Assembly: GCF_964355755.1 (NCBI RefSeq)
Contig: NC_092674.1
Span: 4,712,001 to 4,776,000, forward strand
Length of the DNA stretch: 64,000 bases
Reading direction: 5' to 3'
Origin: Antedon mediterranea
Taxonomy: Eukaryota > Animalia > Echinodermata
Shown here piece after piece: positions 14,242 to 28,910 of the stretch. The translations under genes and the position numbers were made by a program. Within the stretch, counting starts at the first letter, position 1. Every line of letters starts with the position of its first letter. The notes below the pieces were generated by a model. It was not told the DNA's origin. It worked only from the letters and a program-made list of their open reading frames with translations, and ran no database searches.

Positions 14242-15280
14242 TTAGATTCTAAAAATTATCAATCATAAGTTTCCAGTACTTTGATATTTTTTGGGGGAAA
14301 TATTTAATTATTAATATGATGTATATTTCATTGTTTGTGGTATGCAGCATACTATGTTAAACACATACAAATACATCAAGTGCAAGCCTGTAGCCAACAG
14401 GAGGTTGTTTTTTTTTTCACAAAAATGGGCTAAAATCGTCATAAGCTAGGCTAGCTATGCCTATTTACCATACTTTCACTGCTCATCAATAGTTTTAAAA
14501 AGTCAATTCAGGAAAAGAAAGAGGGGAGGGGTGGTGTTCGAAATTCAAAATATTTTTCAATAACTATATAATATATTTTTAGTCAAATTTTCCAATGACA
14601 AACATCTATAATTAACATTAAAATATTATTATGTATACATTTTTTTATTGTCTATATATCAACCATCAACGAATAAATTTCAGTTAATTATAGATTTTGG
14701 TACAACATTGATTTTCTTATTGTAGAAGAATATAATTATGCAACAGCTCAATGTGTATAATTATTATGTTATGCTTTATCTAAGATAGCCAGGTGAATTC
14801 TGAAAACAGCAAGGTCAGCCAGATGACTTTGTAACCAATGCAATCATCATAAATCCGTTTAGAGACAGAGAAGAAAATAAAAAAGACGGCTTGAAAATGC
14901 ATATGATTATGTTTAGAATATAAAGTAGAAATTAAACACAGGAAATATGATATGAAATATTAAACATTTTGCTCTTGTTGTTTCGAGAAACTTTGAAAAT
15001 GAAATATTAAGACAATTCGGCAAGATTTTCAATAGCATAAAGTATCCTTACTTTATATGTTTTTAATTTACCGAGTTACATAAGTACTTAAAGTGAAATG
15101 TAGCCTGTATAAAGAAATAAAAGCGCCATAAAATACCTAGTTACAGATAGTATTCAACTGCACTGAAAGACAAGAGGAAGTGTTTTAAACAGTAGTATTT
15201 CAGCATAATGATGTATTGTGGAGCAATATTATTAATATTAGTGATATTATACTATCTAATGATCTTTAAGTAGTACTTCT

Positions 15281-15630
15281 TTAGCCAAAGGCTTATTTTT
15301 AAAACAGAACTATGTATGTGTCTCTTCCTTTTAATAAAAACTTGAAAGATAAACCTGAAATAATCTACACTACCTAGCTAAGAAGATTCATCATTTCTTA
15401 GTACTGTACATATAGTTATATGATATACAACCTCAGAAATTCACAAAGTGTTCGCCTTACATTAGCCAAAATCTTATTTTTAAAACAGAACTATGTACGT
15501 GTATGGCTCTTCCTTTGTATTAAAACTTAAAAGATAAACCTGAAATAATCTACACTACCTAGCTAAGAAGATTCATCATTTCTTAGTACTGTACATATAG
15601 TTATATGCTATACAACCTTAGAAAGTCACA
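15281..15630. repeat. Local tandem duplication, about 181-bp period, two copies
   Basis: Near-identical blocks start TTAGCCAAA at 15281 and 15462. Confidence 0.85.
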
Positions 15631-16268
15631 TAATAAAGCCTTTTTATTACTACAGTACTACTGTAATATTGATTTCTAGCTTCTATGGGAGATGCTTTAG
15701 TTCAGAACATTTGAATCCATAGCAAAACAAAAGGCATTAAAATACATAATAGAAAAAATAATGTATTTTCTTCACAGTGCCACCATAAATCATAAGTATT
15801 AGCATCTCATGTAATTTTATCAGCATTTCCTTTGTAGAAATAGCTTTTATATTCCTGTACTGTAGAGCATAATTAGAATTTTTGCAAATGACATGCATTA
15901 TTTTATCACTTCTTCTCACACCTTGTAATGTTATATGCAAATAAAATTACTAAATGTACATACATATACTTTTAGTCCCATTCTTGTATAAGAAAAGAAA
16001 ATGATTCATTGATTCTCATTGTATTTGTATACCTTTTTGTATTTAAAATGCATTAAGAAAAAAAGTTTATTTCATAATATATTATGTATTGCTTGTATGT
16101 TCTGGAAAACTGAATCACTTGTCACATTCAAACAACTCTTAAAATCCCACCTTTTTAATTTGCATTTTTAACATTATTCTTGTATGTTTAATGTTCAAAA
16201 TTCTATTATTGTCTTTGGTAAGAAGACGAATAACTTGACTTTCATGTGCATCTATAGGCTTTTAACTA

Positions 16269-16803
16269 CAGTAGAACCTGTGTTTTACGTACCCTGATTT
16301 TACGTTCCCTTGATTTTACGTACGCTTAAAATAACCGATGACGTCATCATTTTCTTACATTGAGGGCACAATTTAACAACAACAAAGCAAACAAAGCCAC
16401 AATCATGGCTGTGTGTGGAATTCTGCTGTGTGTTTGAGTCAAGCTACGCACGTGCATTTAAGCAGCGACTGTTTTTATTGATAGAAAATACAAGAACATT
16501 GATATTTTACACTTAATTAAACATCTCACAGCCTGTATATACTGTACAGTACTGTACTGTACTGTACTTTTCTAGTTAGGCCTCACATCTTGCTAGGCCT
16601 GCTAGCCTGGCCTGAATAGTCTAGGCAAGGCCTAGCTAGTGACAACCTGCATGCTGTTCAATAAAGTAGACAAACAGGGTAGCCTTTATAGCTACGATCT
16701 CTACGTATTTGGGGTCAATTTAAGGTCAACCTTGATTTTACGAATCCTTTGTTTTACGTACGCCTTTCGGTCCCGTACCGTACGTAAAATGGAGGTTCTA
16801 CTG
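16269..16803. mobile_element. Tc1/mariner (pogo/Tigger-like) MITE
   Basis: TA|CAGTAGAACCTGTGTTTTACGTAC ... GTACGTAAAATGGAGGTTCTACTG|TA, giving TIRs with a TA TSD. Confidence 0.8.
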
Positions 16804-17358
16804 TACTGTATATTAAGAACAAGTATGAATTTCAGTCACATTTTGAATTCACAAGCTTAATTCACACATTTAATTTAAGCTTAGAGTTATGGAGTTTTAA
16901 GAGCGCATAAAACACAAGGACATCACATATTTGCATGTTTTGCCATTCGTGTTTTCAGACAAAAACTCATAAAAACAGCTCTTGATTATAATTTCTTAAG
17001 AGCTTGGATTGTTTTTTCTTTTGTATCCGATGAGAAACATGTTTTAACATTTAAAATTGTTCATTACACATACAATCATACGTCTGTATATTAAATAAAT
17101 AATTCATAGTCTGGGAAATTATTAATCTTATAATTTATTATTAGGAAACTTTCAATTGGCAACAACCTTTTACCTATAAATATTGTTTGTAGTCGTCGTC
17201 GGGAATTTACAAAATCTCTGCTGAGGAATCGAATGAGGAAGCATGATCCAATGTATCCACACTTACACAACGATTTAATGTGACATAACTTGTTCATAGG
17301 TCTACCATCTTGTAGAGTAGCTTGTCAATGCAAATCAAAAGTATATTATATTATCCTA

Positions 17359-17499
17359 AAGCTCTGTCTACACTATCAAACTTTATGTGACAAAATAATG
17401 TGATGTACCTATATATGGACATGATGATGTCATATCACTACCATATTTGGGCATATCAATACCATATATTTGGGTAGTTTGATAGTCTAGACAGAGCTT
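17359..17499. mobile_element. MITE family A copy
   Basis: AAGCTCTGTCTACACTATCAAAC ... GTTTGATAGTCTAGACAGAGCTT flanked by TA. Confidence 0.85.
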
Positions 17500-17936
17500 T
17501 ATACAGAGTTTGGTAGGTGACATTCTCTTTCAGAAAGTTCCCATCATTAACATAGCTCTTTGTTTTTAAGGTTTCCTTTAAACAATGAATCCAAAAATAG
17601 TTTTGACAGTTGAATGTTATTTATGCCAAGCAAACTATTTTTAACACCTTTACCGTGTTGTTTCATTAAAATTGTGTTGAAACATTTAGATCATAGGTCA
17701 GTTTGAGTTGAAATGTATTCTGTATATAGGCCAAAAGTAGGAAACATAAGATTTATACTGTTCATCAGTTAAAAAAACAAGGAACACATTTAAACTGCTA
17801 TATATACATTGTAGTATAATAGGATTACATTGCCACCTACAGAGAGTCAAGTACTAAATGAATAAAGAATAAAGAAATCCTATGTACAGGTACTGTCTAA
17901 TATTTCAAATAATATCCACAAACCTAGCAAATGCTA

Positions 17937-18081
17937 AAGCTCTGTCTACACTATCAAACTTTATGCGACAAAAAAAATGTGCTGTTATATGGACATGATG
18001 ATGTCATATCACTACCATATTTAGACATATCAATACCATATTTGGAAACATCACACTAGTTTGATAGTGTAGACAGAGCTT
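17937..18081. mobile_element. MITE family A copy
   Basis: Perfect 23-bp TIRs flanked by TA. Confidence 0.85.
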
Positions 18082-18902
18082 TAACATACATAAACGTCCA
18101 GTTTTAACAAACAAAGCATGATTCAAGCCCATCTATCTGGCGGACTGCATCAACTGGGAAATCAATAATTGGGAACCAGATTATTAACCATGATAAGATT
18201 GTAATTGTTTTCTTTTGTAAAGAATAATCACCTAAAACAATAACAATGAAAATCCAATCAATGAAAACAAAAGATCTGAAAGGCGTGATGCTTCCTATAA
18301 TAAACAGGTTGAACATTTCATATAAGAATGCAAAAATATGGATGTGAGAGGCGTGTTTAAACTGTTTTTACCAATGTTTTATAGTATTGCATAAATCACT
18401 CTTTTACAGTTAGTAGGCCTATGCCTTCCTTTGAAATTAATTATTAATTTTAAGGCAGCTTCAACAAGGCTTTATACACAGTAAGTTTATTATAAAGTAG
18501 TACCCCTATTAAGGTGACACCTTCAGGGCTCAACAAAATGTCCCCTTTTAGGGATGTTCCAATGGTTACTGTATAAAAATTATTATTTGTTTTGCTATGT
18601 TTTTCCGGTCTGTTAACACACATCACAAGTGAATTGAAAATTACAGACCTATGACTTTCTCAACTACGATTGTCATTATAAAGTAGATACTGTAGGACCA
18701 AGCTTTTGGCAAAAGAAGAATCTTGGTACAGATCCAGAACTTAAACATACTGGCTCATGGAATTGGTAACTGCTGTTACCCAGTTACTGTAGTTAGTACA
18801 GTATAACCATGGAGGAAACCATGGAGGAAAAATAATTATTATTCCTTCATGTATAACTTTGCACAACATAATTAATACAGCAGTTCTTATGTTTCAGACT
18901 TA

Positions 18903-19524
18903 GGACGCGTTTATACAACACGTTATTACACGCATATTCAACACGCCTACGAGAAGTGTGTTGTATAAAATCGAAGAGATTCCGTGTAATGAGATTTTAA
19001 TTGCAAAAAAGGCTACTTGGCTGAATCCTAAAATTTTGTGGATTCCCGGTTGCTGTTGGCGTGTTGGAAATGTCCTCATGGTATTGTTTTGACCTCTCAT
19101 TAAATAAAAGTATGTGTTGTGAAAATGTTGACCAAATCTAGTAGATAATTGTGCATATTTTAACCGATTTAGCACTTAACATTAACGCTAATCAAATGTT
19201 GGCATAATTTGGCAAAATGTAGCATAGTTTTATTCTAATTCTAAAACATTTTTTTTTCTAATTTCAAAAGCAGATTTAAAAAATCAATAATTGAATAAAC
19301 TAAATTTTAAACGAAATCATCCTTTATTAAAATCCTTAATATAAACTTATATTAATTCATAATGCATGCAAGTATATGTACAACTTAGGATTATGAACTA
19401 CGGTATAACACGGTATTACGATTTCATGTATAACTGCATGGTTTTTGTGGGATTGACCTCGGCCCGTGCAACACGCTAAAAATTAAAGACGTGTTCAAAT
19501 TTAGGGTGTTGTATAAACACAGCC
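18903..19524. mobile_element. PIF/Harbinger-like non-autonomous element
   Basis: TTA|GGACGCGTTTATACAACAC ... GTGTTGTATAAACACAGCC|TAA. Confidence 0.65.
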
Positions 19525-22500
19525 TAACAGGATGGTTTGTATATAGTAAAACAAGTGATGCCAAAAAAAACAATGTAATGTTTCAACATACAACACTATT
19601 ACTGTACTGCCTTTCAAGACGTCGCAGGTAATTAACCAAAGACAAGGATTTTCTTTGGCGGTAGCAAACTTTACATAAATTTATCACAGCCTTTAATTAC
19701 AAGGTGAAATATGAATTAATTACAGAGACATCAAGATGCACTGTCATTGAATGAAGTTTGTTTCAAAATTATTCTGCCCTAATTTTGAATTTTATACAGC
19801 TGACTTGAGAAAACCGACACAAACCAGTACTGTTGTCCAAACTCCCAATTAGTGTGAGGTCATTAGCCTTAGGGCTTATTCATACTCTTCAGAAGTTTGA
19901 CCTCTTGAGATCGTTAGGTCATCTTTAATGCCAGAGAATACTTAACCAAAAACATACCTTAAATTCTGATTTTTTTTTGGTTCACTCTTACAATTAATAT
20001 TTGAATGAAAGAAGTAACATTTCCAACCTAGCATTTTTAGTCATGTGCAAACATGACTCTACATCTTACAATATCATTCGGTCGGTAAACACCAACTTAA
20101 ATTTGAGCACGCGACTGCAGCCATGTATATGGCCTTGTTCGTTTTTATATGTTGTATTGTACGTCATGGTGTTGATATTATTCTGGACGAACACAAATAA
20201 ATGAAACGAAAAAAATGAATATTGTAAATAATTTACACAAACTAACATAAAAATAATAAAACAGCGTTTATGAAAAGAAATGACGAAAATGATATGTACT
20301 GTACGTGGTTCATGGATGGCTCCATTATACAGTATTCCCATAGGGAGGCTCAACCCTTCGAACAGAGGGCTATTTTTGGTTTATCTAGGCTAGAGGTAAA
20401 AAAGGTAGGCACCAGACTATAATTTCATACATACTAGGCTATATGTTCTTATACTGTATACTGTATTATGCTTGGTAAGGGTACAGTAGCTATAAATACA
20501 CAAACACATAAAGTAACACCTTTATTGGAACATTATTATCCCACCTTTACTATCAATGAAATGAGCTTTTAATGCATAAAAATACTGAATTCATTATTCA
20601 CATGTACAGTATGATGGTTTTTCAAGTTTTAACACAATAGGAAATGAGTGACAGGTAATACCTTATTGTTCATTTATTCGTTAACAAAGAAATCCAAATT
20701 CACGAGAAATATGATGGATTGAAACAAATTCCTACGTGACAAAATGAGGATAGTAACTAATATTATTATTGAAAAAAGCTATGGTTCATGGAGAACACAA
20801 ATTTGTTTTTGAAAAAATAATAAAAAGACGAGATGAACTTGACATGTCAAGGTTTTCATATTTAACAGTGATACGATTCTTTCTTTTAGACATAAATTGT
20901 AAAAAATTAAACCTAGATTTTATTTTAACAATGGGTGATTTAAAAATAGTTCTTTATACAAATTTTAGAATTTGTTACTAATGTTTCATGAATTTATATA
21001 ATTTTCTATATTCAAATAACTTAAATCTGTTCAACTATATTTTATATCTGAAATTACATAGAAATAGTATTTGTATTTTAATTAATTTTTCTATTAATAA
21101 ATATGCTAGGCAAAAAATGAAAATCTACAGTTATTGAGAATTTACAAAATTATACTTGTTGATCAAATATCAAATCAAATATTTATCATTAATTATCATC
21201 TTTAATGAGGGTCGATTATTAATGGCCCTCAATAAAACATACAATATTAATATATAAAATAAACAAAAGTTTTGTATAGTAAGTTAAACTATCCTTAGAA
21301 CTATATAGAGAAACAGAAAAAACCCTTTCCAGCACCTCTGACGGTTGAAATTCTAAGCGTGTGGTTATTATTGGACAAAGTTTACGGTATGTACAGAAGG
21401 GGTTACTATAAAGTATTGAATTTTCAATAATGAAGAAGGAGCCTAAAGTAACTAAGTATTAAATTGTCTCAATGTCTTGGTATTTCACTATAATCAATAA
21501 AGGCTGTGAAAATGGCCAAATATTGATCAGTCCATTGTTTACATAATACCCAGGACACAATACTATCGTTTTATACAAGATTGTTTCTGTTTGCAAAAGA
21601 ACACGTTTCAGTATATACATGGGGGCTAGAGTTTGTTTTGTATTGAATACACTGTACAGTAATTGATTTTAGATTAAAGGTTTGAAATACCTAATATGAT
21701 CAGGATTGTTAAACTGTAGTTTGATACTATGTTAAAAGATACTAAATGTCCTATTGTGAACTATGACATATTAACAGCATATGAATTTTAAATTTTACAC
21801 TAATTCCAAGAAACTTAAAAAAACCATTTAAAAAAAAATGTTTCAAATTATTTGACATCTATAATAAAACATATGCACCTGCAGTATTTCATTTTACTAT
21901 TAGTATTATAATAGTTTACTGTTGTACAGGCATAGAGATATTCAGTATTCAGTATACTGTAATATCTCGGGATCTCTATCGTAAATGTAAGCTCGACACG
22001 AAGTAGACTAAAGTGCAATTGTTCTCCATTTTAAAACATTAAAAATACATTTTGCTTCAAAGAAACTAGTAAATTGACTAGAATAGAGTATAATAATATA
22101 TCATTACCGATACTTCATACATGTAAAACCATATTTTATATATAGTAAATTATCTGTGAACCTTTTAAATGTTTGTCACAATAAGGCAACAACAGACAGA
22201 CAGGTATAATAATTACACTTCCAGCTGTTAATAATGCAGTTCAATACAATTCGCATCAACTATGGAATGATATCTATGATTTTGCGAGTGTGTGAACAAG
22301 CAAATGAGGTGTGATAGTGATCCTAGGCTATCAATAACTACAACAACAGCACTTTGCACACATCACTGCCAGGGCTTCAAAGGGCTTTGTCTTGTCTCTG
22401 CCCAATGCTCCTCCTGATTCACACACAAGTGCATTCAGTATTCATAAATATAATTGTGTATCTGTAATAGATATTTGTTTTCTGCTTCGAGCTTACACAT

Positions 22501-24302
22501 TTGTGTATGATGGACAGGTCGAGTTGTGAGATATGTAACGATTATTTCTTTGATAAAGCGTATCTCATAGCTTTGTATCGTAACTGTGTTACCAATATTG
22601 TAACTGATATTAATTAATATGCTAAGTAAATATTTGTGCTAACGCAATTTAACAATATACTGTACTGTAGTACTCTATAGACTTTTTTTCTACTGCAGTG
22701 TTATACCAGGGAGTTACAACTCCCTGGTTATACTGATACAGTAATTATATACATGTGGTACAGTAGTCACCTTGCTTTAAATATGTACTAACAAATATAT
22801 ATGGTAAAATTATAAAATCACCTACAGTACATTAGTCTTTGATTAATTGTAACTGTAATAAAAATGATGAATAATTACAAATTCTGAGGGGTGATCCTTA
22901 GAATAGTACAACTATAGTTGATTAAAGTTGATGGGCAGTACTGTAGGTAACATAGGTGATAAAAAAAAAACAATTTTGAATTCATTAAAATTGTATAGTA
23001 ATATTATAAAGTCCCCTACAGTACAGTTAGTCTTTTATTCATTTTATTTATTTTATTCTAAAATGATGAATAATTACAAATTATTAGAATAGTGTAACTA
23101 CTGTATAGTATAGTTGAAGTAGATGGGGCAGTACTGTAGATAAAATAGGTGGTGGGAAATTGGGTCATTAAAGGGCCACAATGTCAATTGTTTGCTTGAT
23201 GATAAAAAAAATCTATTTGAATTCATTAAAATTGTTCAAAGTTTTGCGAAGTTAAAAGGCAAATGTCTGTCACCACTGTTTATGAATTTCATGACTTTGG
23301 CAATCAACGGGGTCAAACGAATACATATATTTATAATTTATCAAAATATCCAGTCTCATTAATGGTAGGGACTATGTGCGAGATTACATTCGCGCAAATG
23401 ATGTCGTGTCTATCCGCACCTGTGCAGGGCATCTAAAAACAAGATTTGATATTTAAATATGATTTACGATATGTACAGTACACTGTAGGGCCTAGTACTG
23501 CTACAGTAGTAGATATATGAGTAGCCATACAAATGATGTGTCTATCCTCATCTGTTAAGTACAACTAAACATTGAAACATTGACCTTTTTAGTTCAAAAT
23601 GAAAATCAACTCATGCATTGAACTTTTAACAGTTTATGTTCAAATTTGTTAGTAGCATCTGGAATATGATTTATATTATTTCTAGCATTTTTGTTAGCCT
23701 AGCTGCAATGCTGTTTACCAACAGTACTGTACTGTATACTGCATGTGTCTTGCTGCACCTGTGTTGTGTGAATTAAATGGGGAAACAAGAAACTTTCTTC
23801 ATTACAGTACATTATTACCTAATTAAATGTCTTTACATCAGTTAATAACTGATATGACAGTTACCTACAATTTCCCTTCCCTATGTGGCTTAAGTCTTAT
23901 TACAGGCTGTAAAAATTATAAATATAATTTACTTCTCAATATTCAGAAATGGAGTTCAGAATAAACTGTACATGTCTAAAATGTGTTAAATATTGTTAAA
24001 TATATTAAAATAAAAGTTGCTTATGAATACTGTATATAATAATGCTTACTGTAAAAACATTTTCAATTCTGTACTCTAATTATTCGATTCTAAGTAAAAT
24101 TTTTGAAAATCAAATAAACCATAAAATAAACGGTAATTGAAATACATTATGATGATAATAAATGGACTTTACCACTGTGGTGGTAAATAGAGCAAGGAAT
24201 AATGAACCGGACTTTGTGGTCATGGTACAAACATGTAATTAACATGCACAGCATTCATATAGTAAAAAACACATTAAAAGCTATCATGCACAATAACTAT
24301 AG

Positions 24303-24663
24303 GCTTATATACGGCTTTACCACGTTGAAACATCGGTTCTCGTCAGATCACCGAAGTTAAGCAACGTTGGGCCTGGTTAGAGCTTGGATGGGAGACCATC
24401 TGGGAATAGCGGGTGCTGTATACGGAGCTGGGGTCCCGTTAGGCATTTGAAATCAGCACTGCTGACTCTTATGGCAGCCCCTGCATCTAGTATCTGCCTC
24501 AGACCTCTGGTCAAGGTGGGCACTGGACGAGAGAAGCCCTTGATCAATGTCAGGACCAATCAAGGTGCTTTAAACTCTCCTGGCTTTGTTTGTATCAAAC
24601 CTGTTAGTGGCGGTAATTATCGCTGTTGGTTTCGATTGAATAAAAAAAATAAAAATAAAAAAA
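24303..24663 (+). mobile_element. 5S rRNA-derived SINE (SINE3-type)
   Basis: About 24306-24422 is a diverged, near full-length 5S rRNA (CGATCACCGAAGTTAAGC-like and TGGATGGGAGACC..TGGGAATA motifs). It is followed by about 215 bp of unrelated body and an A-rich tail, and is flanked by direct repeats. Confidence 0.8.
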
Positions 24664-27017
24664 ATATAGTAAAAAACACATTAAAAGCTATCATGCTCAA
24701 TAACTATAGTAAAAAGCACATTAAAAGGTATGACTGTACGATCTAGGATCTAAGATATACACTTACTTTACAATATACTAACTGTATTATAATATGAAAA
24801 GACTGTGGGCACAGTGGCTGGATAATGGGGTACAAATAAAATAAGCAAAAACTAAATCAAAACTAGTAAAACAGCCAAAAAGAAATTGGAAATTCTGAAT
24901 ACAAATTTAATTTTTCTTGATAGCAAATTTTGATGACAAGATGCTAACTTCAAAATTAAATGCAGACATTATAAATCACATATACAGTACCATTACAGTA
25001 GTTTACTTCAATGTACTGTTCCTATGTGGACAAACATTTCAAATTCAATTTAATGAATTTTAAAAATTAATCATCCAGAAGAATAACAAGAAATTGTCTA
25101 CAGACTTACAGTATTAAATGTGTTTAAATCAGAAACTAGAAAATGCTTAAATTCAAGCCTAATCTTACTTTAATCTTCAGTGAAGAACATCGGCCAACAA
25201 AAACAGTCAGAGAATTCTTAACATCAGAGCGAGAATATGTTTAGATCATCAGGCTTAGGTGATTAGATCAGTATTGATGAGTACAGGATTAGTCTGTCTA
25301 CCAGCAGAAGCTTTTTTACCTTAAAACAGTAGGAACCTAGGCCTACAGAGATTAACGCCCATATACTATGGTATTTGTAAGCTTGTTTGCAACAGACAGT
25401 TTTAATTTAAAACAAATATTGAAGTTTGAGTGAGTAAGGCACTTAATTTAAATTTAATTGGCCTTTTTAAGCAACACTTTTTCCGGAATAAAACCACATA
25501 TTTTAATCATTTACTGAAGGTTGGAAATGACTCCAATTAAAACTGGAGAAAATTGGAAAAAGTCAGGAGGATAAAATAATTGATTATTAAATTAGCTTGG
25601 CTAATAGACTAACTATAGTTAGGCTTACATACATATAACAGCCAATGCTGGACATGTACTGTAGTTTGAAAATTGCAATTTGACAGGAAAGTTGTTAAAG
25701 ACTTTTATATATTGCAAGTCACTCCATATAGCGACTACTGTACAAAAATCACATACTGTACTGTCCTGTATCTCTATTATTCACTGTATAACAGCATTTA
25801 GAGGAAAAAATAAGAGCTTTTTCCCTTGTTTTCACAAATGGTGGGTTATTTTGTAAATGGAAATACTGTATATAGAGTTAGTGTAAACTGTATTTAAATA
25901 TAAAATATATAATATAATATATATAGTATAAAGTACTGGAGACTCTAAAGTTAGGAGAAATGCATATAAGAGGTTTCAATTCTTTCTGAACAGAATTATT
26001 CACCCATTCTTAAATTTGCCTTTTGATTATGAGGGTTTAAAATATGTTGAAACTCAATTAACAATGAAACCTAATATCCTATGTAAGTTTGATTCTGTAA
26101 GGCTTAAACATTTTCAGTGTGTGCCTTTGTGAGAATTAACTATAGAAATCCCTGTATATATAACAATACTTGCTCTTAACAATGTTGATGCAATTTACAG
26201 TGCTCTACAATAGCCATGAATTCAATCCTAATATTGTTAGTCAGTATTTAAGACTGAATCACAAAGCCTATCACTCAGTGTATATACAATTGCTGTATCG
26301 TCTCAGCTGCCTTGTGAAATAAATTGTCTGTTTTAGGTAATTATTCATTCATTTTTTTCACAAATGTTAGATGGTAAAACGTTGAAGATAAATAAATCAT
26401 TTGATAGTTTCAGAGCTTGTATCAAAGAATTACAATGAATCTTAAAACACATTAATAAATTCATGATGGCTGTCTAAAAGGGTAATCAATCACCCATATT
26501 TTAACCATTGGAAGAAGGTAACAATATTGAGGAGATAATAAATCAATTATCAATCAAGTCATTGCATGTCAATCAAAAAAGAATCCTTACAAAATGGAGG
26601 AAATTGCTTAATCTTTTTTGGTTACATAAATCAGGACTGGCAGGCATATATACCACCCTACAGTATAGGTTCTGTAACCTGAATATAAGCTCACCCTTAG
26701 GTGACATCACTCATCACGCAGTATTAAGGGCTAGTGGCTGTATTCACCATTCACACTTACAGTAGTAGGCTAAGGGAAACACCCTTAAAATTAAAAAAAT
26801 CATCTATATAAATGAATAAAGTTTAAGTGAAATACTTAATATTTAAGGGAAATATCTCACTTATCAGTGTGATTGGTTAATATGGCCACAGGCACTAATA
26901 CTGTAAAATTATAAACACCCGTACATTACTGTACATTTAATAGTTTTGTGTATCAAAATTTATTGGATACAGTAGTCCTAAACTGTGTTTACAAACAATA
27001 TTTATTTATCTCTTTAA

Positions 27018-27647
27018 AGCCCCCTTCCCTACGTTTTTTAGATCTAATTTAAGATCACAAACTATATTTAATGTAAAAATAATACTATATGGTCCTATTG
27101 CGATAACTTTTTTCGTCTTTAAACGGTTAAAAATGTGAAAAATAAGTCGATTCTAATAATTATAGCGGCCCGCTATAAATCCCAGAATGCATTGCGCGCG
27201 GATTGATATTTTTGTTTTTCACCTGTAATTCGCCCACTTTTCGATCGATCGTGAGGCCAAAACAAATGGAAGACTCCTAACTTTTCAGCAAAAATACCGG
27301 GTTTTCCCCAATTTGTATCAACGGAGTCTGGCAAAAATAGAAAGACAATTAATGCAGCAACTATACAACGTCAGGCTAGGTATATAGCTAGCGTACGATG
27401 TTCGTACGTTACCGATGTTTACCAGCTAGGCCTACAAAACTAAGCCTAGCTACAGTAGGCTAGGCCTAAGACCGTCCACGAGAGGTCGATCGCCGCAAGC
27501 TACTTCGGTAGTGCATTGTTTCTCACTTTTTATCATAATTTACCATAAAACGTACATTTAAGACAAGGAATGACATGGTTTAATGTTTTTAAAGTGATAT
27601 ATATGTATTATTTTCCAAAAAACGTCCAAAATTGCAGGGAAGGGTCT
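27018..27647. mobile_element. Kolobok-like non-autonomous DNA transposon
   Basis: TTAA|AGCCCCCTTCCCTAC ... GCAGGGAAGGGTCT|TTAA. A TTAA TSD with AG..CT termini. Confidence 0.7.
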
Positions 27648-28910
27648 TTAACTTTTACTTCTTGTATTCCTATTTCTTTCTATTACTTATTTCTACTGTA
27701 CTTTACATGGTTTTTTTTTTTTGTATTTTGGAAGAAAAACGATATTGCAAATTATATTATTATTAAGCTACTGTAGTCTGACTCAATGCCTAACTGTATT
27801 CTCTTAAAATGTGTAGGCCTAATAGGACAAAACAATTCCTTGAAGGACCTGCTTACATTTGTATAACACAAAAACAAAAGCTTCTGTTTAGTATCTCCTT
27901 CTTGGAATTCTCCATGAAAAGCCAATTGGTTTGAAGTGCATCTATAACATTTGTATGGATAGTCAATAATGAATAGGAATTGTGTTCTCTCTGATGCACA
28001 GTAAATGAGCCAGTGAAGAGTATTCTTTTGGTATGTTTTAGTACTAAATAAGTATTGTACAGTAATACTCAATGTTTTATGTATTAAATTGAAGAAATAA
28101 ATAATAACTTGATAAAGATGTTTTAAAGTAATTTCCTGGTGTTACAAATACTTTTGGAAACATTTTCTTTGATGTTGGAAGTGTGTAATCTATAGAATAG
28201 AAAATAGTTAGCACCTTTGTTTTTGACAAAAGATACATTCTTTGGCCTGTATTTCTGAATGCTTAAACAAGATTTTGATCCAATTTATTTATTGTCTTGA
28301 ATTAAAGACAGACTACAATATGAACTAATTGTAGGTGCCTTTGATGTTGCCTGCATTTTAATCAGGAACAATAGCATCTTGTTTTACTGTTCTTAATTTA
28401 TAAGTACTGTACTACCTGCACAAAGTTCAATCTTAAAAACAATAACCAGTATGTGTGATTTTTACAACATGTTACTGTAGTGTAGGGTGCCACTGTACAG
28501 TACTTGAAAGACTAAATTTAGATGGTAATTTACACTGTAAATCTATGAATTTTTTTTTATCATAACGTAATAAACACACATAAATATATACAGTAATTAT
28601 ACATTCATGAAGAATATATATTAATATCAAGCATTTTTCAGTACTCTAAACTACAATAAAAGTCTTCAAAATAGTTTTTGTCCTGTTGTAGTTTCCCATG
28701 TTGACCTGTTTTCATTTTTAGTTTTATGGGCTGCTTCACACAATCTTTACTTTTCTGGAATTTTTCCCCTCTTACAGTAGTTTAATCAAATTACAGTATT
28801 GTTAATAATATGATGAACTTATAAGAGAAATAAATGTAACTTTGAATGATTGAATTTGCTTTTTTACTGTACTTTATTAATAGTTATAAAATAATTAAAT
28901 TCAAACTAAC

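Noticed and set aside
24306-24422. Functional 5S rRNA gene
   Set aside because: It has multiple substitutions and no T-run terminator after the 5S part, and continues into a SINE-like body and A tail.
24377-24746. ORFs of 60 and 120 aa
   Set aside because: They overlap the SINE and have no recognisable protein features.
1713-28072. Numerous 60-115 aa ORFs in the Dachsous intron
   Set aside because: AT-biased composition, no domain motifs, and often inside repeats; consistent with chance ORFs.
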